Source: Trichosphaerium sp. ATCC 40318
Lineage: Eukaryota > Protista > Tubulinea
Length of the DNA: 64,000 nt
NCBI GenBank assembly: GCA_038496445.1
Contig: JALMLS010000552.1
Location: 1-64,000, forward strand
Direction of reading: 5' to 3'
Position 1 is the stretch's first letter. Each line of letters begins with the position of its first letter. The notes beneath the pieces were generated by a model, which saw only the letters and a program-made list of their open reading frames with translations, searched no databases and was not told the DNA's origin. Shown piece by piece: positions 1 through 12,903 of the stretch. Made by a program: the position numbers and the translations under genes.

Positions 1-410
1 CCATTTGTGGTTGTACCAACTCTTGTACTCTCCATCTCGTTTGTCATTAATATAGTACGCTTGCTCAACCAACGTAGGCTTATTTCCCATATGCATATGC
101 CAGCACTTGTGTTGTCCATGTTTTTTACCACAACTCCATAGCTCGTGTTTAATATGGTATTTTGCATTTTGAATCCACTTTCCATGTTTGTTCAACTCGC
201 TATCAAACCTCGTAGACATTGCTGCTCGTTTCGATAATACAGGCAACTTTATGTATATTTCTTCGTCTAAATCCATGATATCTAACTGCAATTCCACTGG
301 AAGTTGTAATAGACCAAGTAACTCTTGTTGCTGTACAAGTATCTATAAACAATTTAGTAATGTATCAATACCTTTTTGCTTTAAACACGTACCCTACGTT
401 TTATTGACAT
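1..410 (-). CDS. F-box + MORN-variant repeat protein (runs off window start; missing from ORF track)
   Basis: ATG at 410 (MSIKRR) and GTACGT..TAG intron 392-343, then an open frame ILVQQQELLGLLQLPVELQLDIM...LSKRAAMSTRFDSELNKHGKWI...KHGQHKCWH...KRDGEYKSWY. This is collinear with the paralogues at 11431 and 42352. Confidence 0.8.
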
Positions 411-684
411 TGTTTAAACTAGTATTACCTTGTTTAATAGATAAATAGGTAGTTGATACAACAGTTATTTTTGGATGACAAACGTTGCACTGTCTGAGAT
501 TGTTTCGTGATATTAACTTAACATAATTACTACTTAAGTTGACGTATTCTTTAAAAAGTATGCTTTGTTTACCCACGTGATTCGAATGAAAGACAGTGTT
601 TTGTGAATACATACTCATGTCAAAGAAGGTTGGTCTTTGCTTGGAAATGAGTTTTATTGGAGGTGAGAGCAGTAAATCAACAAT

Positions 685-1017
685 TTACTTTTTCTCTTGC
701 GGCGGCATCGCTTTTGGCGACGGCTTTTTTGTTTTAAGGCTTAGTTTTGATTTACCAGAAGTCCTGTGCTTCATACGCGTCGGTTTTGCAAGGTTGTCTC
801 CTGATTTACCAGATGTCTGATGAGACATACGACGCCTTAGAGGTCTTGGTTTGGGTTTTGGGTTAACTTGACCAAAAACGTCTTCTCCTGATTTGCCAGA
901 TGTGCGGTGCGCCATACGCTTCACGTTACGTCTCCTGTTGTCCTTTGGGGCCACAACTTTATCACGCACTTTACCGGACGTATAGTGCGCCATACGCCTT
1001 ACTGGTGGGTTAGACAT
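685..1017 (-). CDS. Small, very basic protein with four RMxHxTSGK repeats
   Basis: 110-aa ORF from ATG 1017, K/R-rich. Repeats are RRMAHYTSGK, KRMAHRTSGKSG, RRMSHQTSGKSG and TRMKHRTSGKSK. TCACGTGA lies ~80 nt upstream. Confidence 0.6.
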   Translation of the reverse strand: MSNPPVRRMAHYTSGKVRDKVVAPKDNRRRNVKRMAHRTSGKSGEDVFGQVNPKPKPRPLRRRMSHQTSGKSGDNLAKPTRMKHRTSGKSKLSLKTKKPSPKAMPPQEKK

Positions 1018-1346
1018 CCTAGATAGTACGTTGAGAGCTACTGTAATTTTCACAGCCAAAACCGTAAACCGAATGACCGTTTAAGTTATGCCAACTATCA
1101 CGTGACTGTTGTTTTGTTAACCCAAAGACAAAAAAGTAGTGCAAGCACACGCAAGGACGGCCCCTTCGCATCAAAAAGTAGGTTCGACATTTCACTTGAT
1201 TTCTCTACGTTAATGTGCAGCACACTTATTTAATACCAAGGTAACTTTAACAGCATCCCTGTAAATGATTATTTTATTATTGTAGATGATGTAGTTAGAG
1301 ATGGTATTGGAAACTGAAATCATCTCTAACAATGACAAGTACAACC

Positions 1347-1754
1347 TTATAATTTGCCCAAGTACTCAACAATATCACTATGTCCGTTCACACGAGCAAT
1401 ATCAATAGCAGTAGCACCATCGAGGTGATGCATTGGTACGTTGACATCGAGGTCTACAACAAAAATCACGTTTTGAATTTCTTTCAAAAAAAAGAAGCAA
1501 ACTGTACCATTCACATTTTCTACGAGGTATTTTACTACTTCTAAGCTACCTCCAAGGCAAGCCCACTGTAGTGGCGTACCACCAAAACCAATAACTTGCT
1601 TTGTAGCGGCTGAAGGATGGTATACACCAAGTTCAGTGTTAAAGGCAATTGTAGCAGTGTAAGGTTCATGGTAGTTGCCTAAACGAGCGTAAAAATGGAG
1701 TTTTAAGGACTGGTTTATGGTTCGTGCCATAAAAGATCCAATCGTTGTACACAT
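1347..1754 (-). CDS. Short ankyrin-repeat protein
   Basis: GGTPLQWACLGGSLEVVKYLVEN and GATAIDIARVNGHSDIVEYL are ankyrin repeats. A 54-nt stop-free GTACAG..TAG intron (1507-1454) is translated through in the ORF track. Confidence 0.8.
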   Translation of the reverse strand: MCTTIGSFMARTINQSLKLHFYARLGNYHEPYTATIAFNTELGVYHPSAATKQVIGFGGTPLQWACLGGSLEVVKYLVENVNGTVCFFFLKEIQNVIFVVDLDVNVPMHHLDGATAIDIARVNGHSDIVEYLGKL

Positions 1755-2663
1755 GTGGTTTGTTTGGGTCTGTGTACGAAGCGGAATCTTTGTCTAGAAG
1801 GTCATAGCGTTGCTTCGCTACCAATTCAACCAAACCTAAGCGTGTAAATAACGGAGTGTAATACGCGCAGGTAGGTCTTTTAAGTATTTAGCATGCCTTT
1901 GAAGCATTGTTTGACGATTGACCTTGCAAAGCGTTAGCGCACGACGGACGCTCGTTAAAACGTACTCTGGCTTTGTTACGCCTGGTGTAAGCGACGTGAA
2001 TGGTTTTGACGTCTAAAAGTAAGGATAAGCTTTCTTTTGTTCGTTTTATCAATTACTGTTGGTTTACCTCCACTGCTGCCATAGTTGTTTGCCGTTTTGT
2101 AAAGGCTCCATTTGTTAACTGAATTATACTTAACCAGCTGTCATTCATCACCACTCCACTTGTTGTTTCAGTCAAGATCGACATAGCCCTTCTTGTTTTA
2201 GGTGTTTCAATTCACCTGATGTGAATTGCTCGGGATTCAATTGTTCAGTTCGTCATTGCTCATAACCTAAATAACTTCCATGCCTCATATTTTATAAAAT
2301 GGTTGCTATCAAGTGAATTAAGCATTTTTTGCAACATTGGTACAATGTACTGATGCTCATAGTGATAAAAAAACCCAAGCAACAAAAATGGGAATATCGA
2401 ATATCTTTTTTGTTGATTATCTAGTTTATAATCTTCTCATGTCGAAATCGTTTCTCTTCCTTATTGAGGACTGGTTACGCCTTTAATACACGACGTGTAT
2501 TTCGGAGGAATGCCTTAGCAAGACTGGACAAGTAAATATTAAGTAAGAGGTAAAAATCCAAATCGGGAATAGCAACGACGTGCAATAGCGTAAGTAATAA
2601 CGCAACGCAAATATGACTATTCACGCCATAATACTAGCTCGTACGGTATTTATAAAACAACAA

Positions 2664-5375
2664 ATGAAGCGCAACCTTACAACTTTTGTTTACGTACCTA
2701 CTTAGTTCTATTCGCTATATGTACTGCTCACGTACACAGTGCACATGAAGAACTTGACGGTAAATAGGTTTTCGTACTTTTACCCATTTAGAATTGAATT
2801 CTATTGATATTTACTCTACACGCATTGTAATAGTCGTAACCTTTGTTTTAGGGTTTGTTTGTGGTGAAAATTTTAAACATACTGAAATAGAGTATGACGA
2901 ACCTCCAGTACCAACAACTCATTCAAGATCGGCTAAAAGGTATGTTTGTAATAGTTTAATATTTTATGGAGTAACTGTACACTTTACATAACATACGACG
3001 TACTAACTATCCATAAGATCATCAGGTTCATGCATGACGTTCGTTATAAACTTTGGCGCGGGTATTAACCTTGTACGCGACGTCTACTGTTTGCAGTAAT
3101 ACTGTGGCTCTAATCTCTCATTACTAGCCTGAAAACGCTGGTATGAAAGCAACAGTACAGCTGGGAGCTGATATATGGGTACACAATCTTTACAAAGAAA
3201 TCCGTAACAACAGTTGATAGTCATCCGCTATCATCAGCGATAGGACAATATATTTGGACATGGAGGCAAGGGATGACTTTAGTTCTTCCAGCACTATCGG
3301 TTCAGCAAGTACTAGCGTAACATCATTTGGTGGCAATGCTCCTATTGTATTGTACGTTTTACGCTACTATTGACGCATATTTACACTTTTCAAAAGGGCT
3401 TATCTTGAAGCACATAATAATGCCACTTATCCTGCGGATATGACTGCATTCGATGGTATTCTTCCTCCTGTAAGTACTCCAAGTTTTTTTACAACGGTTG
3501 GCCTAGAAGTAGTAACCCGATCCAAAACCATTTTCCTGCGCGTTTTTATTACTACCTGCGCGTATACTCCCGGTACAGTTCAAATCGTTCAAATAGACCT
3601 GTAACTCTACTTTTTTTTCCCGCACGTGTTGAAACTGCGCATTTTATGAGCGAAATGAATCGTAAGCTCATTCTGTGGAAAAAAAAAAAGTAGCATGTGA
3701 ACGAATAGAACATCTGTGATTTTCCTTTTTTTTCTTCTCAATCATTCTCCTTGGCTCTGTTCTTATCTTGCTCCTAGGGTTTTACAATAGACCCAACCAG
3801 AATATCGCTCACAAGAGCTAATAGAAAAGTAATCGATCCAGACTATCAAATTACCTCCACTTTTAGAGATTCATCAATTTCGTTCAATACAGAGTTTTTC
3901 TTTGATACAGACTTAAGTGATGGTCTCACAGGGGTATGTCGCATATATACAAATCCACTTGTGGTCTTTTTTTTGCTTTCTAAGCTGTTGCCAAGTGACT
4001 TCATTTGAACTTAAAGTCGTTTTTGATCGTTTTTTTCTTAGGGTTCTATGAATTTACTTGCGGTTGTTGTTCATGAGATTGGACATGCTCTAGGTTTTAC
4101 ATCAGCACTTCAATCCGGTATATACACACATACTGCAAGAGCTGAGACAATAGCTAACTATCGTTGTTGTTTTAGTTGATGCTGCACTAGACGATGCAAG
4201 AAACCTAACAAATATTCGAATGAGGCCATATGATTTAATGAGAGTTCAATTAAGTAGCAGCTCTGCATTTGAAACAGCTGATAGACAGTGGACACCTGGT
4301 ACAAAGAATGATTTAGCAGGCTTAACAGCATTAAGTTCACTAACGTTTTAAAAGGTAATGTAGCTCACTATTTCGATCCAACGTCTGATACTGTATCTAC
4401 TGCAACGTATTCCACAGGTGTTAGTCAAGGAGACGGACGACAAACTTCTCATTGGAAGGTACCAAATCAAATTTATAAAAATGCTTGAAAGACATTGTAG
4501 ATAGTGCCTACTCAATAAAACGATTTTAGGATGCTAGGGCCATAGGTATTATGGATCCTACACTTTCAAGAAATAGGATAATAGGTATATCTACCACTGA
4601 CATATCAGCACTGAGTGGAATGGGATATGTTATAAATCGTAAGTAAACCTTTCCATCTATAACAAACTCATTTTTTTTCTTCTCATTTTAGCAGCGCTAA
4701 AGCCATTTCTTGTTTATATGCAAGCAAATGAAGGTGACCCAGGTGATGAGTTTCAGATTTGGGGTTATTTCTTTTTTGGTAATGTAACTTGCGACTTTGG
4801 TATTGCTGGTTCTACTGTTGCACAGAAAGATATTGAGTCTGGGGTCATTGTATGTCAACGAACATTTTTAGTTAATTTTTATTCAATCGATTTGTTACTA
4901 GCTTTGTACTGTTCCAAGTCCAGAAGTATCATACAATGGTACCATGGTTGTTACCTCAGATACAGGAACCTCTGACGAAAGACCATTTGTTATCAACGTT
5001 CCCTTACCACCTCCAACAACAGAAGCACCAACACCACCAGTTATCCCCTCAACGGCTGCCCCTACAACACTTCCTCCAACAACACTTCCTCCAACAACGC
5101 TCTCACCCACAACGGCTCCCCCTACAACACTTCCTCCAACTACACTTCCTCCAACAACGCTCTCACCCACAACGGCTGCCCCTACAACACTGCCTCCAAC
5201 AACAGTGCCACCTACAGCGCCAACGCCTGAACCTACCCAGGCTATCCCTACGCCAGCGCCGACATCACCAGTTGCGCCTTCAATAAATCGAATACGGTCT
5301 AATGCATATCGTATATCAACAATAGCTTTGAATACTATTGTTGTATTGAATGTACTTTGTTATTTATTCTTGTAA
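2664..5375 (+). CDS. Secreted/anchored zinc metalloprotease, NF038122-like, with Ig/TIG-like domain, PTT stalk and hydrophobic tail (multi-exon)
   Basis: Signal peptide MKRNLTTFVYVPTLVLFAICTA. Motifs LTRANRK (~3808), VVHEIGHALGFTS (~4066-4104) and spliced GDGRQTSHWK|DARAIGIMDPT (4429-4563). PPTTL repeats follow, then a hydrophobic C-terminus. Confidence 0.8.
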
Positions 5376-5789
5376 CTCCAAAAATAAAAATCTGCTATTG
5401 GAATTAGGTTCCATGTTGGTGACAACAAAATCACCTTTGCTTACGTCTTGGTACTCCAATAGATCCAAATATTCAGAGGCATTCCAATTCAATCGCTTGA
5501 GAGCAAATAAGTTGTTGAGGTCCAATGAGTGACCAACAATATAAAGGCAACTTGTAATAACATGCATTTTAGAAACAAAAAAATTCACTCTCATAGCAGC
5601 AATAGACAGCCGAGGAAATCCTCTAACGCATCCATTCTCAAGTAATTCGATTTGGAACCTTGAACTTGGCTCTGGTACTCTTTGTTTTGATCGAAAAGGA
5701 AAAACGTTTTGCATGTGCAAATTTTTTGTCAAAAAAAAAGAAACATGATCAAGTGAAGTCAAACGAACTATGAATTGTGCCCCATTGTA

Positions 5790-7529
5790 ATGGATGAATT
5801 AACAATTTACGGTTTGTCAAATCAATTACGATAGTTGTTTGTTATAATATAGCTATAGACCTTCCCATTGAGATCTACGATAGTTTTTTGAGCGAAGCAG
5901 TTGGTTCTTCGTCCACTTTAGCTGGTTTATTACCATTGCGGCTTGTTTCACGTAAATTTGAATGGGCGGTATCATCAATGCGCTTGTGGCAAGTACGACA
6001 TAATTATTATCAACTTACAGCTTCAAAATACACAATCGTCAGCAATTCACTTAAACAATGTCAACAAAACTTAATGACCTATTTTTACAGGACTTGACGA
6101 ACAAATACGAGTGGAAACATAAAATAACCTTCCAAGGCAGCGTCAAAAAAATGATTGGACACAAACAATTCGTAAGTACTTGTCTAATAGAATCCCAACA
6201 ACGCATTAATGCCTCAACAAATTCTTTCTTTTTTACAAGTACTGACATCAATGATAAAATAGATCTATGCACTTGTTCATGACCACGAAGATACTGCCAA
6301 TACTTGTAAAATACACGTGATAGATACCGATAAATCAATTATTGTTAAGACAATCCCTCTTGATTTGTTATACGTCACTATGTTTGAACGCAAAGATTTA
6401 TTGGATGATGACTTGCATTTAAGTATGACTTGTCTATTTGTGTTTTATGTGCTTACTTATTACAGTTGGTATTCATTATCAGGGACGAACTAATACCCTT
6501 TATGATATTTACTTGGATACTGGAAAGATACATAAATCTATTGTTCAGCATCAAACTTATCCGTTACAGGTAGAAGTTATTTTGTGGTTTTTTTTTGTTT
6601 TTTTGTACTCTGACTTCATTTTTTTAGCATGCTATCATGTCTAAATCGGGTGTAATTACTCTTTATTATGAGAGTTTTCCCCGCTTACCCTATGATGTTA
6701 TGAATGTTATAAATTTTGAAGATCCAGAACCGAGTGTCCATTTGGCAATGACTATACATAAAGGTGCTACTTGTGTAGGTGTTGGTACATTGGTAAATGA
6801 TTCTGTGGCGGTTGTATTATCTATTTACACTTTACGCTTGGAATCACCAACGCAAGTTTTCAAAAAAGCAAAGAAGTGCATGCATGCAGAAGCAGCTTTA
6901 GGTGGGATTGTAACACCAGAAGGGGATGTGTTGTTAATTTATAGCGACAAGACTAAGATATCAAAGTTGTACAATAACTTCGATAAGGTACTCTAACATA
7001 CGGATTTCTTTCCCTCTTTTGACCTTTAATCATGTGGAGTGCTTCTCTGACAAGAAAACAAACTTTTTGACAATGTAGTTAATGACGAACTGTCGAAATT
7101 CTTTTTTTTACAGGAAGTGTATTATTTTTGTTCGTGATTTTTTCAATTGCTATTTTTGTATTTGATTGATTCATGTTGATTACGAAAAATTAGCCAAACT
7201 ATACAGCTAGCGCTAGTTACACTATTATTTTCTTTTTTCTTACTTTTGGATTTCTAGTATGTCACGATAGCGATTCAAGGAAGCGATAAAATAAAGGGAA
7301 AATATACAGCAGCTGTAGCGCTAAAAACAATCTATATGCTTGTTTTGGAGAAGCAACTTATAGAAAGCTACATGGGCAAACAAGGCATCAAGAGCGTCAT
7401 ACAACACATCTTTATCAAATGGAATCAGTTGGCAACTTTTATGAGAGTGCAACTGAAACGCTGAAGAATCATAAACAAGACATGGAAGTGTTTCGGAATC
7501 TATTTGGAGATGACAGTGACGATTACTAA
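5790..7529 (+). CDS. F-box protein with unassigned C-terminal region (multi-exon)
   Basis: MDELTIY|DLPIEIYDSFLSEA...LLPLRLVSRKFEWAVSSMRLW fits an F-box. Further exons at ~6090-6170, 6630-6987 and up to TAA 7527-7529. Exon chain only partly resolved. Confidence 0.55.
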
Positions 7530-8156
7530 ATTAATGAAACTAAAAGACTTATCCACCTTACACCTAAGTGCATATTGTCTCGTTAACATGGAAACAACAC
7601 ATTGCGTCATGAGTCTGAGTTTTATATTTATTGCATTTTGAGAAATCAGAAACAAATTTCATATGCAGTAAGTCACGTGTACGTATTGCTCGTAGGAGTG
7701 AAATTTTTTTTTATTGTTTGACCCTTCGCATTGTTCATCAGTTAGGTTGCAGGTAGATAATTTACATATCGCTTCTACATTAGTTCTTAACACTATGACC
7801 GAACATCCTTGTTAGAATTAGCAGTTGTTAAACTAAGACCAGTAAGAACGTACATATGCACCCCAAGATCCTGTGAGTGTGCAACCAATATCATCACAGC
7901 AATTCTTACCCATTATCGCAGGTGTGTATGGACGTTCTGGCGTGACAAATCGGGATCTGATTTCTTTATACAGTCATTAAAGAAATTTCGCATTTTTTAT
8001 TGTTTTTTTAGGCAGCGACCGCCTAAAATCGTCATTCTTTGTCCGATTTTGCTCTGATGACCATTTATAGAGTAATTACAGCAACTGTGGTCCTGTGCCA
8101 CGTAATTTGTACTGTCGCTTTGTTTTTGAAATTCTTTCTCTAATGCTTTAGTTTCT

Positions 8157-10833
8157 ATGGCACTGTTTGCAGAGCCGAAATTCAATGCGTTTCTGGATGT
8201 TAGCGAAATTAAACCAGAGTTTAACACTTTTCTTGCTGCTGATGTAGCATTTGGCGTCTCAAACGCTGGTCCATCATATTTCTACGCCGTTCAAGGTAAA
8301 TGTCACTTCATTTACTTGGTTGACTTCAAAAAGGCGCAAACCAATTATCATTAGATGTAGCTACACCTACAAGTACGTAAAAGCGCCTAAAAGACTTGTA
8401 ACTCAGAAAAAATTGTAAAACCGTTTAAACCCAACAAAGAAGTGTCACGGCTCATGCTTTATTACTGTACTGGCGTCTCAAGCCGTGACAACAGTACATT
8501 GATAGTTGTAGAGTTGTTTTCGTTTGGCATTTTGGGATTTTTCCCTTACAGATGTTCTAGGTTTCTTTAATGGCGAGAACATAAGTATAGGGATAAATTT
8601 TGACGATCATACTGGACCTGTCATCGAGTATGGTGACCAGACAGCAGCATTCGTTTACCTAAACGCAGCGGGAATGCTGTCATATAGAATAATAAGCTAT
8701 TTGGTGCGGCACCTTTTTGTTTCCTCAGTACTTGTAAACTTCTTTGTTTTTTCTCATTTTTTTCGATAATAGGAGGGTGTCTTGAACCCAGGAACGGAAA
8801 ATGAGTTGATGGATAGTACTACTAACATTGGTTTTGAGTACTTTGTTTCTTTTGATAAGTCAGCATTTTTAGGTGAGTAAACCTTCTTTCGTCTTTTTTT
8901 TGGTTTTCTTTTTTCAAGTCACCTGAAAGTCAGCACATTTTTTAGTAGAACACGGCCTCTGATGTAAGTAATTGCACTCAGATTTGATAGAAAACAAATA
9001 CCTATTTTTTGGCTGTAGGATTCATTCTACTGAATATGCGGTGAGCATTTCAGAGATATTTATTCCACAGCAGTAGCAAACTTTTTATATTTTGTTGGTA
9101 CTAAGATTTAACAGAAACTGGAGCTGAAAGATTTCTTGTTTATGCGGTATTCTCCCTTTCAGATGATCCATACTATTTTTTAATTTCTAATGATACTTCA
9201 CCTACTACCCGCACACTGTCTATAAGTACGATTGATTGTTGATGCAAAGTTTTGTTAACTTGTGTCAAGATTTTCTTGATTTTCTTGATGTTCAGCAAGA
9301 CATCATTCATATGAACGCTCAAGGCTGTTTTGTAAAGCCTAATGTAGCTGATCAATCATTTTTTCATGTAATAGTATACCAGAGAGTAGACGCTTTGCTT
9401 GGATCCATTGAAGTAAGTTAAGAAAATTTTCCTGTTTTTTTCTTATTTTTATGTGCACCTTTCTTATAGTACTATAGCAGGTTGGGGTGTTACACCAAGC
9501 ACAAGGTGTACCATCTATTATAGATTTTAATAGCATATCCTTTACATCACTTGATGATACCCTATTCGCTATTGAAGTCAATGATACCAGCTTAAATATT
9601 ATATCAACAAAAGTAAACTGCTCAGACAATGATACTCCCTTTCTACCATCCTCTATAAACACAGTTGATATACCTAGTATATTACCTCAAGTGACCGCTA
9701 TTCTAGTATTAGATAGCGCTATTAATATAGATTTATTAATTGTGTATGCAGAGACAGGATCAAGAGTTACAATCCAAGCGTACAATGTACGTATTGATGA
9801 AGATTTCTTTTTAACTTTACAATGATAGCATATCACAGAAGTGTTCCTTACAACATACACAAGTAATACATTAAGTGCTAGTACAATAACTAAACTAAGT
9901 GCTACATTTGATAGAGTAGAGTGTGTGGTAACGGTACATAAGTTGTTTTATTTTTTTCCACTTTTTTTTACATTTCTGACCTAACCACATTGGAAGGTTC
10001 TCGCCTTTTTTGATGATAATACAACAAATATTATCTTTTATAACGAATCAGTTGGTGTTTTCTATTGTTCACCTCCAGCTCCAACAGAACCCCCAACTAC
10101 AATCGAACCTACAGCGCCACCAGTACCTACTCCAACAACGCCAACACCAACATCCCCAACTGTTGTAGTACCTACAGCAACACCAGTAACTACACCAACA
10201 TCACCAACTGCCGTAGTACCTACAGTACCACCAGTATCTTCTCCAACACCAACACCAACGCTCTCAACTGTCGTAGTACCTACAGCAACACCAGTAGCTA
10301 CGCCAACATCACAAACACTAAGAAACCCATCAGCAAGAATAGTTTACACAATTATCATAGAGAAGGTATTCCATTAGAAATTCCTTCCAATCAGACGTTT
10401 GATGACTTAGAAGTCATATTTTAATGAAATAATACCTATCCCCATCACATCTTGTCCAAACATATCTCAGATTAATATATCTTTCAAAAACAAAACAACT
10501 TTCGAAGCTATCCTTGAACAAGGTAATTTCACATTGTTCAATCTTTCTGTACAATGTTTAATCTTTGATACTATTCAAATAACAGTGACAACACCAGATA
10601 ATCAACAATGTACTACAGATACGTTAAAACAACTTAAATCTCTTGTTGTATTAATATCTTCATGTAATACAAATGAGCAAGATGGATTAAGTCAAAGAAG
10701 CTTAATTACTTACTCTTTAATTGCTGTATGTATCGTTATAATACTTTCTATAGTAATAGTGATATCAATTACTTTGTACCTAAGAGTAAAAAGAACTCGA
10801 GTAATAACTACTAATGCTCCTGTAATAGCTTGA
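8157..10833 (+). pseudogene. Large single-pass surface protein with Pro/Thr stalk; reading frame disrupted
   Basis: Multi-exon. The PT-rich stalk APTEPPTTIEPTAPPVPTP.. (10078-10318) is in a frame the ORF track does not show. C-terminal TM is LIAVCIVIILSIVIVISITLYLRVKR. Apparent lesions near 9823, 10320-10365 and 10420. True start uncertain. Confidence 0.5.
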
Positions 10834-11430
10834 AAGACATACTACCAAATAAAAAAAACCGGAGTTTGTTTGACTATCCATAAAGTCAATGTGTACTTAA
10901 AGCCAACTCAGTTGTAACGTTTGCCCAGTAGATGGACTGTCCTTGCTATGTTAAGATGGAATATACACATAATCAAGATATTAGTCACGAGACAGCGTAA
11001 GAATGGAACATTAAAATAGCACTTGCCATATAGTAAGGTGTATCATTCTTTGAATTTGTAGTACTTTTTTGTGCTTACACGACAGAATTAGTGAGGATAT
11101 GTCATGCACTTAACAACCAAGTTAACAAACCCTACGCTATTCTTGTCGTGCAGCAGTTTTTCTATTGGTTATTTCCCATCCCTACATGTGCCAAATTGGG
11201 AAGGTTTCTTTTTATCAAGCCCAAAAAAAAGGCACAAGAAAGTAGTACTGTAAAATAGCGTGCACTGTATACTCAAGGCTAAACTCACTTGAGTCACTTA
11301 GCGCTGTACGTTCTTTTTAATTCGATCAATGAATGCATCAATGTTGGCATTTGGTAGATGATGTTGTGTAATCACTACGTATAATGTCGTTATCAAAAAT
11401 ATGTTTATTAACGAAGTTAAGAACTTTTGG

Positions 11431-12150
11431 TTACCTCAACACGTATAGTCTTTTTAGTTGGCCACTTTCATGCCACTCTTTTTGTTCACCATGTAGTTTA
11501 CCCTCAACCCAAATATATTGTTCCTTCAGTTGTCCAGTTTCATACCACTCTTTTTGTTCACCATGTAGTTTACCCTCAACCCATATAGATTGTCCCTTCA
11601 GTTGTCCAGTTTCATACCACCTTTTTTGTTCTCCATGTTGTTTACCATCAACGCACCTGTATTGTCCCTTCAATTGTCCACTTTCATACCACTCTTTGCC
11701 TTCACCATGTAGCTCATCCCTAACCCACATAGATTGGTGTTCAAGTTGTCCAGTTTCATACCATTCTTTGGTTTCACCATGTTGTCTATCATCAACCCAC
11801 ATGTATTGTCCCTTCAGTTGACCACTTTGATACCATTCTTTCTCTTCACCATGTTGTTTATTATCAATTGTTGCAAATTGTGACTTCAAGATACCGTTCT
11901 CATACCAGCTCTTACATAATCCACTCTTATATTTGTGAGCCATTACTGTCCCACTTTTGTACCATTTTATCCATTTTCCTTTCCTTTCTAATCTCTCATC
12001 AAAGTGTGTATTGATTGCTGCTCTTTTCGAAAGTGTATGGAATTTAGTAAATGCCTCAACATTGAAAGTGCAAATATATAGTTGGAGTTCACGTGGAATA
12101 TCAAGTATAGTAAAAGAACACGTGCTGTCTTTTGTTACTTTTTCGTTCAT
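11431..12150 (-). CDS. F-box + MORN-variant (MORN_2/YwqK-like) repeat protein, intronless
   Basis: ILDIPRELQLYIC F-box-like start, followed by ~7 copies of a 23-aa unit HGExKEWYExGQLKxQxxWVxGK. Confidence 0.85.
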   Translation of the reverse strand: MNEKVTKDSTCSFTILDIPRELQLYICTFNVEAFTKFHTLSKRAAINTHFDERLERKGKWIKWYKSGTVMAHKYKSGLCKSWYENGILKSQFATIDNKQHGEEKEWYQSGQLKGQYMWVDDRQHGETKEWYETGQLEHQSMWVRDELHGEGKEWYESGQLKGQYRCVDGKQHGEQKRWYETGQLKGQSIWVEGKLHGEQKEWYETGQLKEQYIWVEGKLHGEQKEWHESGQLKRLYVLR

Positions 12151-12903
12151 ATTCCCTTGTTGATTTACTTTTGTCAGCTACAACGGTTTAATTAAAAAAT
12201 ACGTAATCAGTTACAATACATTGAGAGTAAACGGTTTCTTCTAAAAAGTACATTTAGCATGCTACCTAGCTTCGCACCAAAAACCTGCAAACTTCAATAA
12301 TTCTTCTCGTTCAATCGCTCCATTTAGCTTATTAAACACAGTGATTTCAAGGCGAAGTAGTAAAATGCGAGATTGCGCGAATAAGAACTGCAGTGTACTC
12401 GATTTTGTTGCGAAAGTTGGCAGCATGCTTTTGTGGTTGTTGATGTTGAATTTAGTGTGTTTTGAATATGTTTTACTCTTCTACGTACCATAACATATAA
12501 ATACTATGACCAAGGTATTCTAATAATGATTTTCTACTACGCTATGTGTTTGCTAGCGCAAAGTAAGTGATTGCGTCAGCAAAAAGCAACTTCAACACAA
12601 GTCAAAACAGAAAGGAAATTGTTGATACAAGGATGTACTTACAACGTGTTGTAACGTATGCCAGAATTGTGTTTTAGAACTACTGTACAATAAATTAGTA
12701 TACTCTGGATTTCAGAGTACTAGGGCTACCTACAAACCATCCCGAAAACCTCATGATTAGCAGTGACAAAACATACTGCTATTTTAAGTCATACGTCTTA
12801 GTTCTGTAGGTAAGGTCCCTAAATTCCTTAAAGAACCACATGCCATGAGTTTCATCTTTTCTGTTCAGAGCACGTTGTCCAGCATCATAAGCTTTGCTGA
12901 TAT

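Noticed and set aside
394-1059. One continuous gene joining the basic-repeat ORF, ORF 394-618 and the F-box-MORN exon
   Set aside because: Needs read-through of TAA at 685 and TAG at 394; the F-box gene has its own ATG and intron.
1140-1172. U6-like words GCAAGGA and GGCCCC
   Set aside because: Wrong order and no ACAGAGA box.
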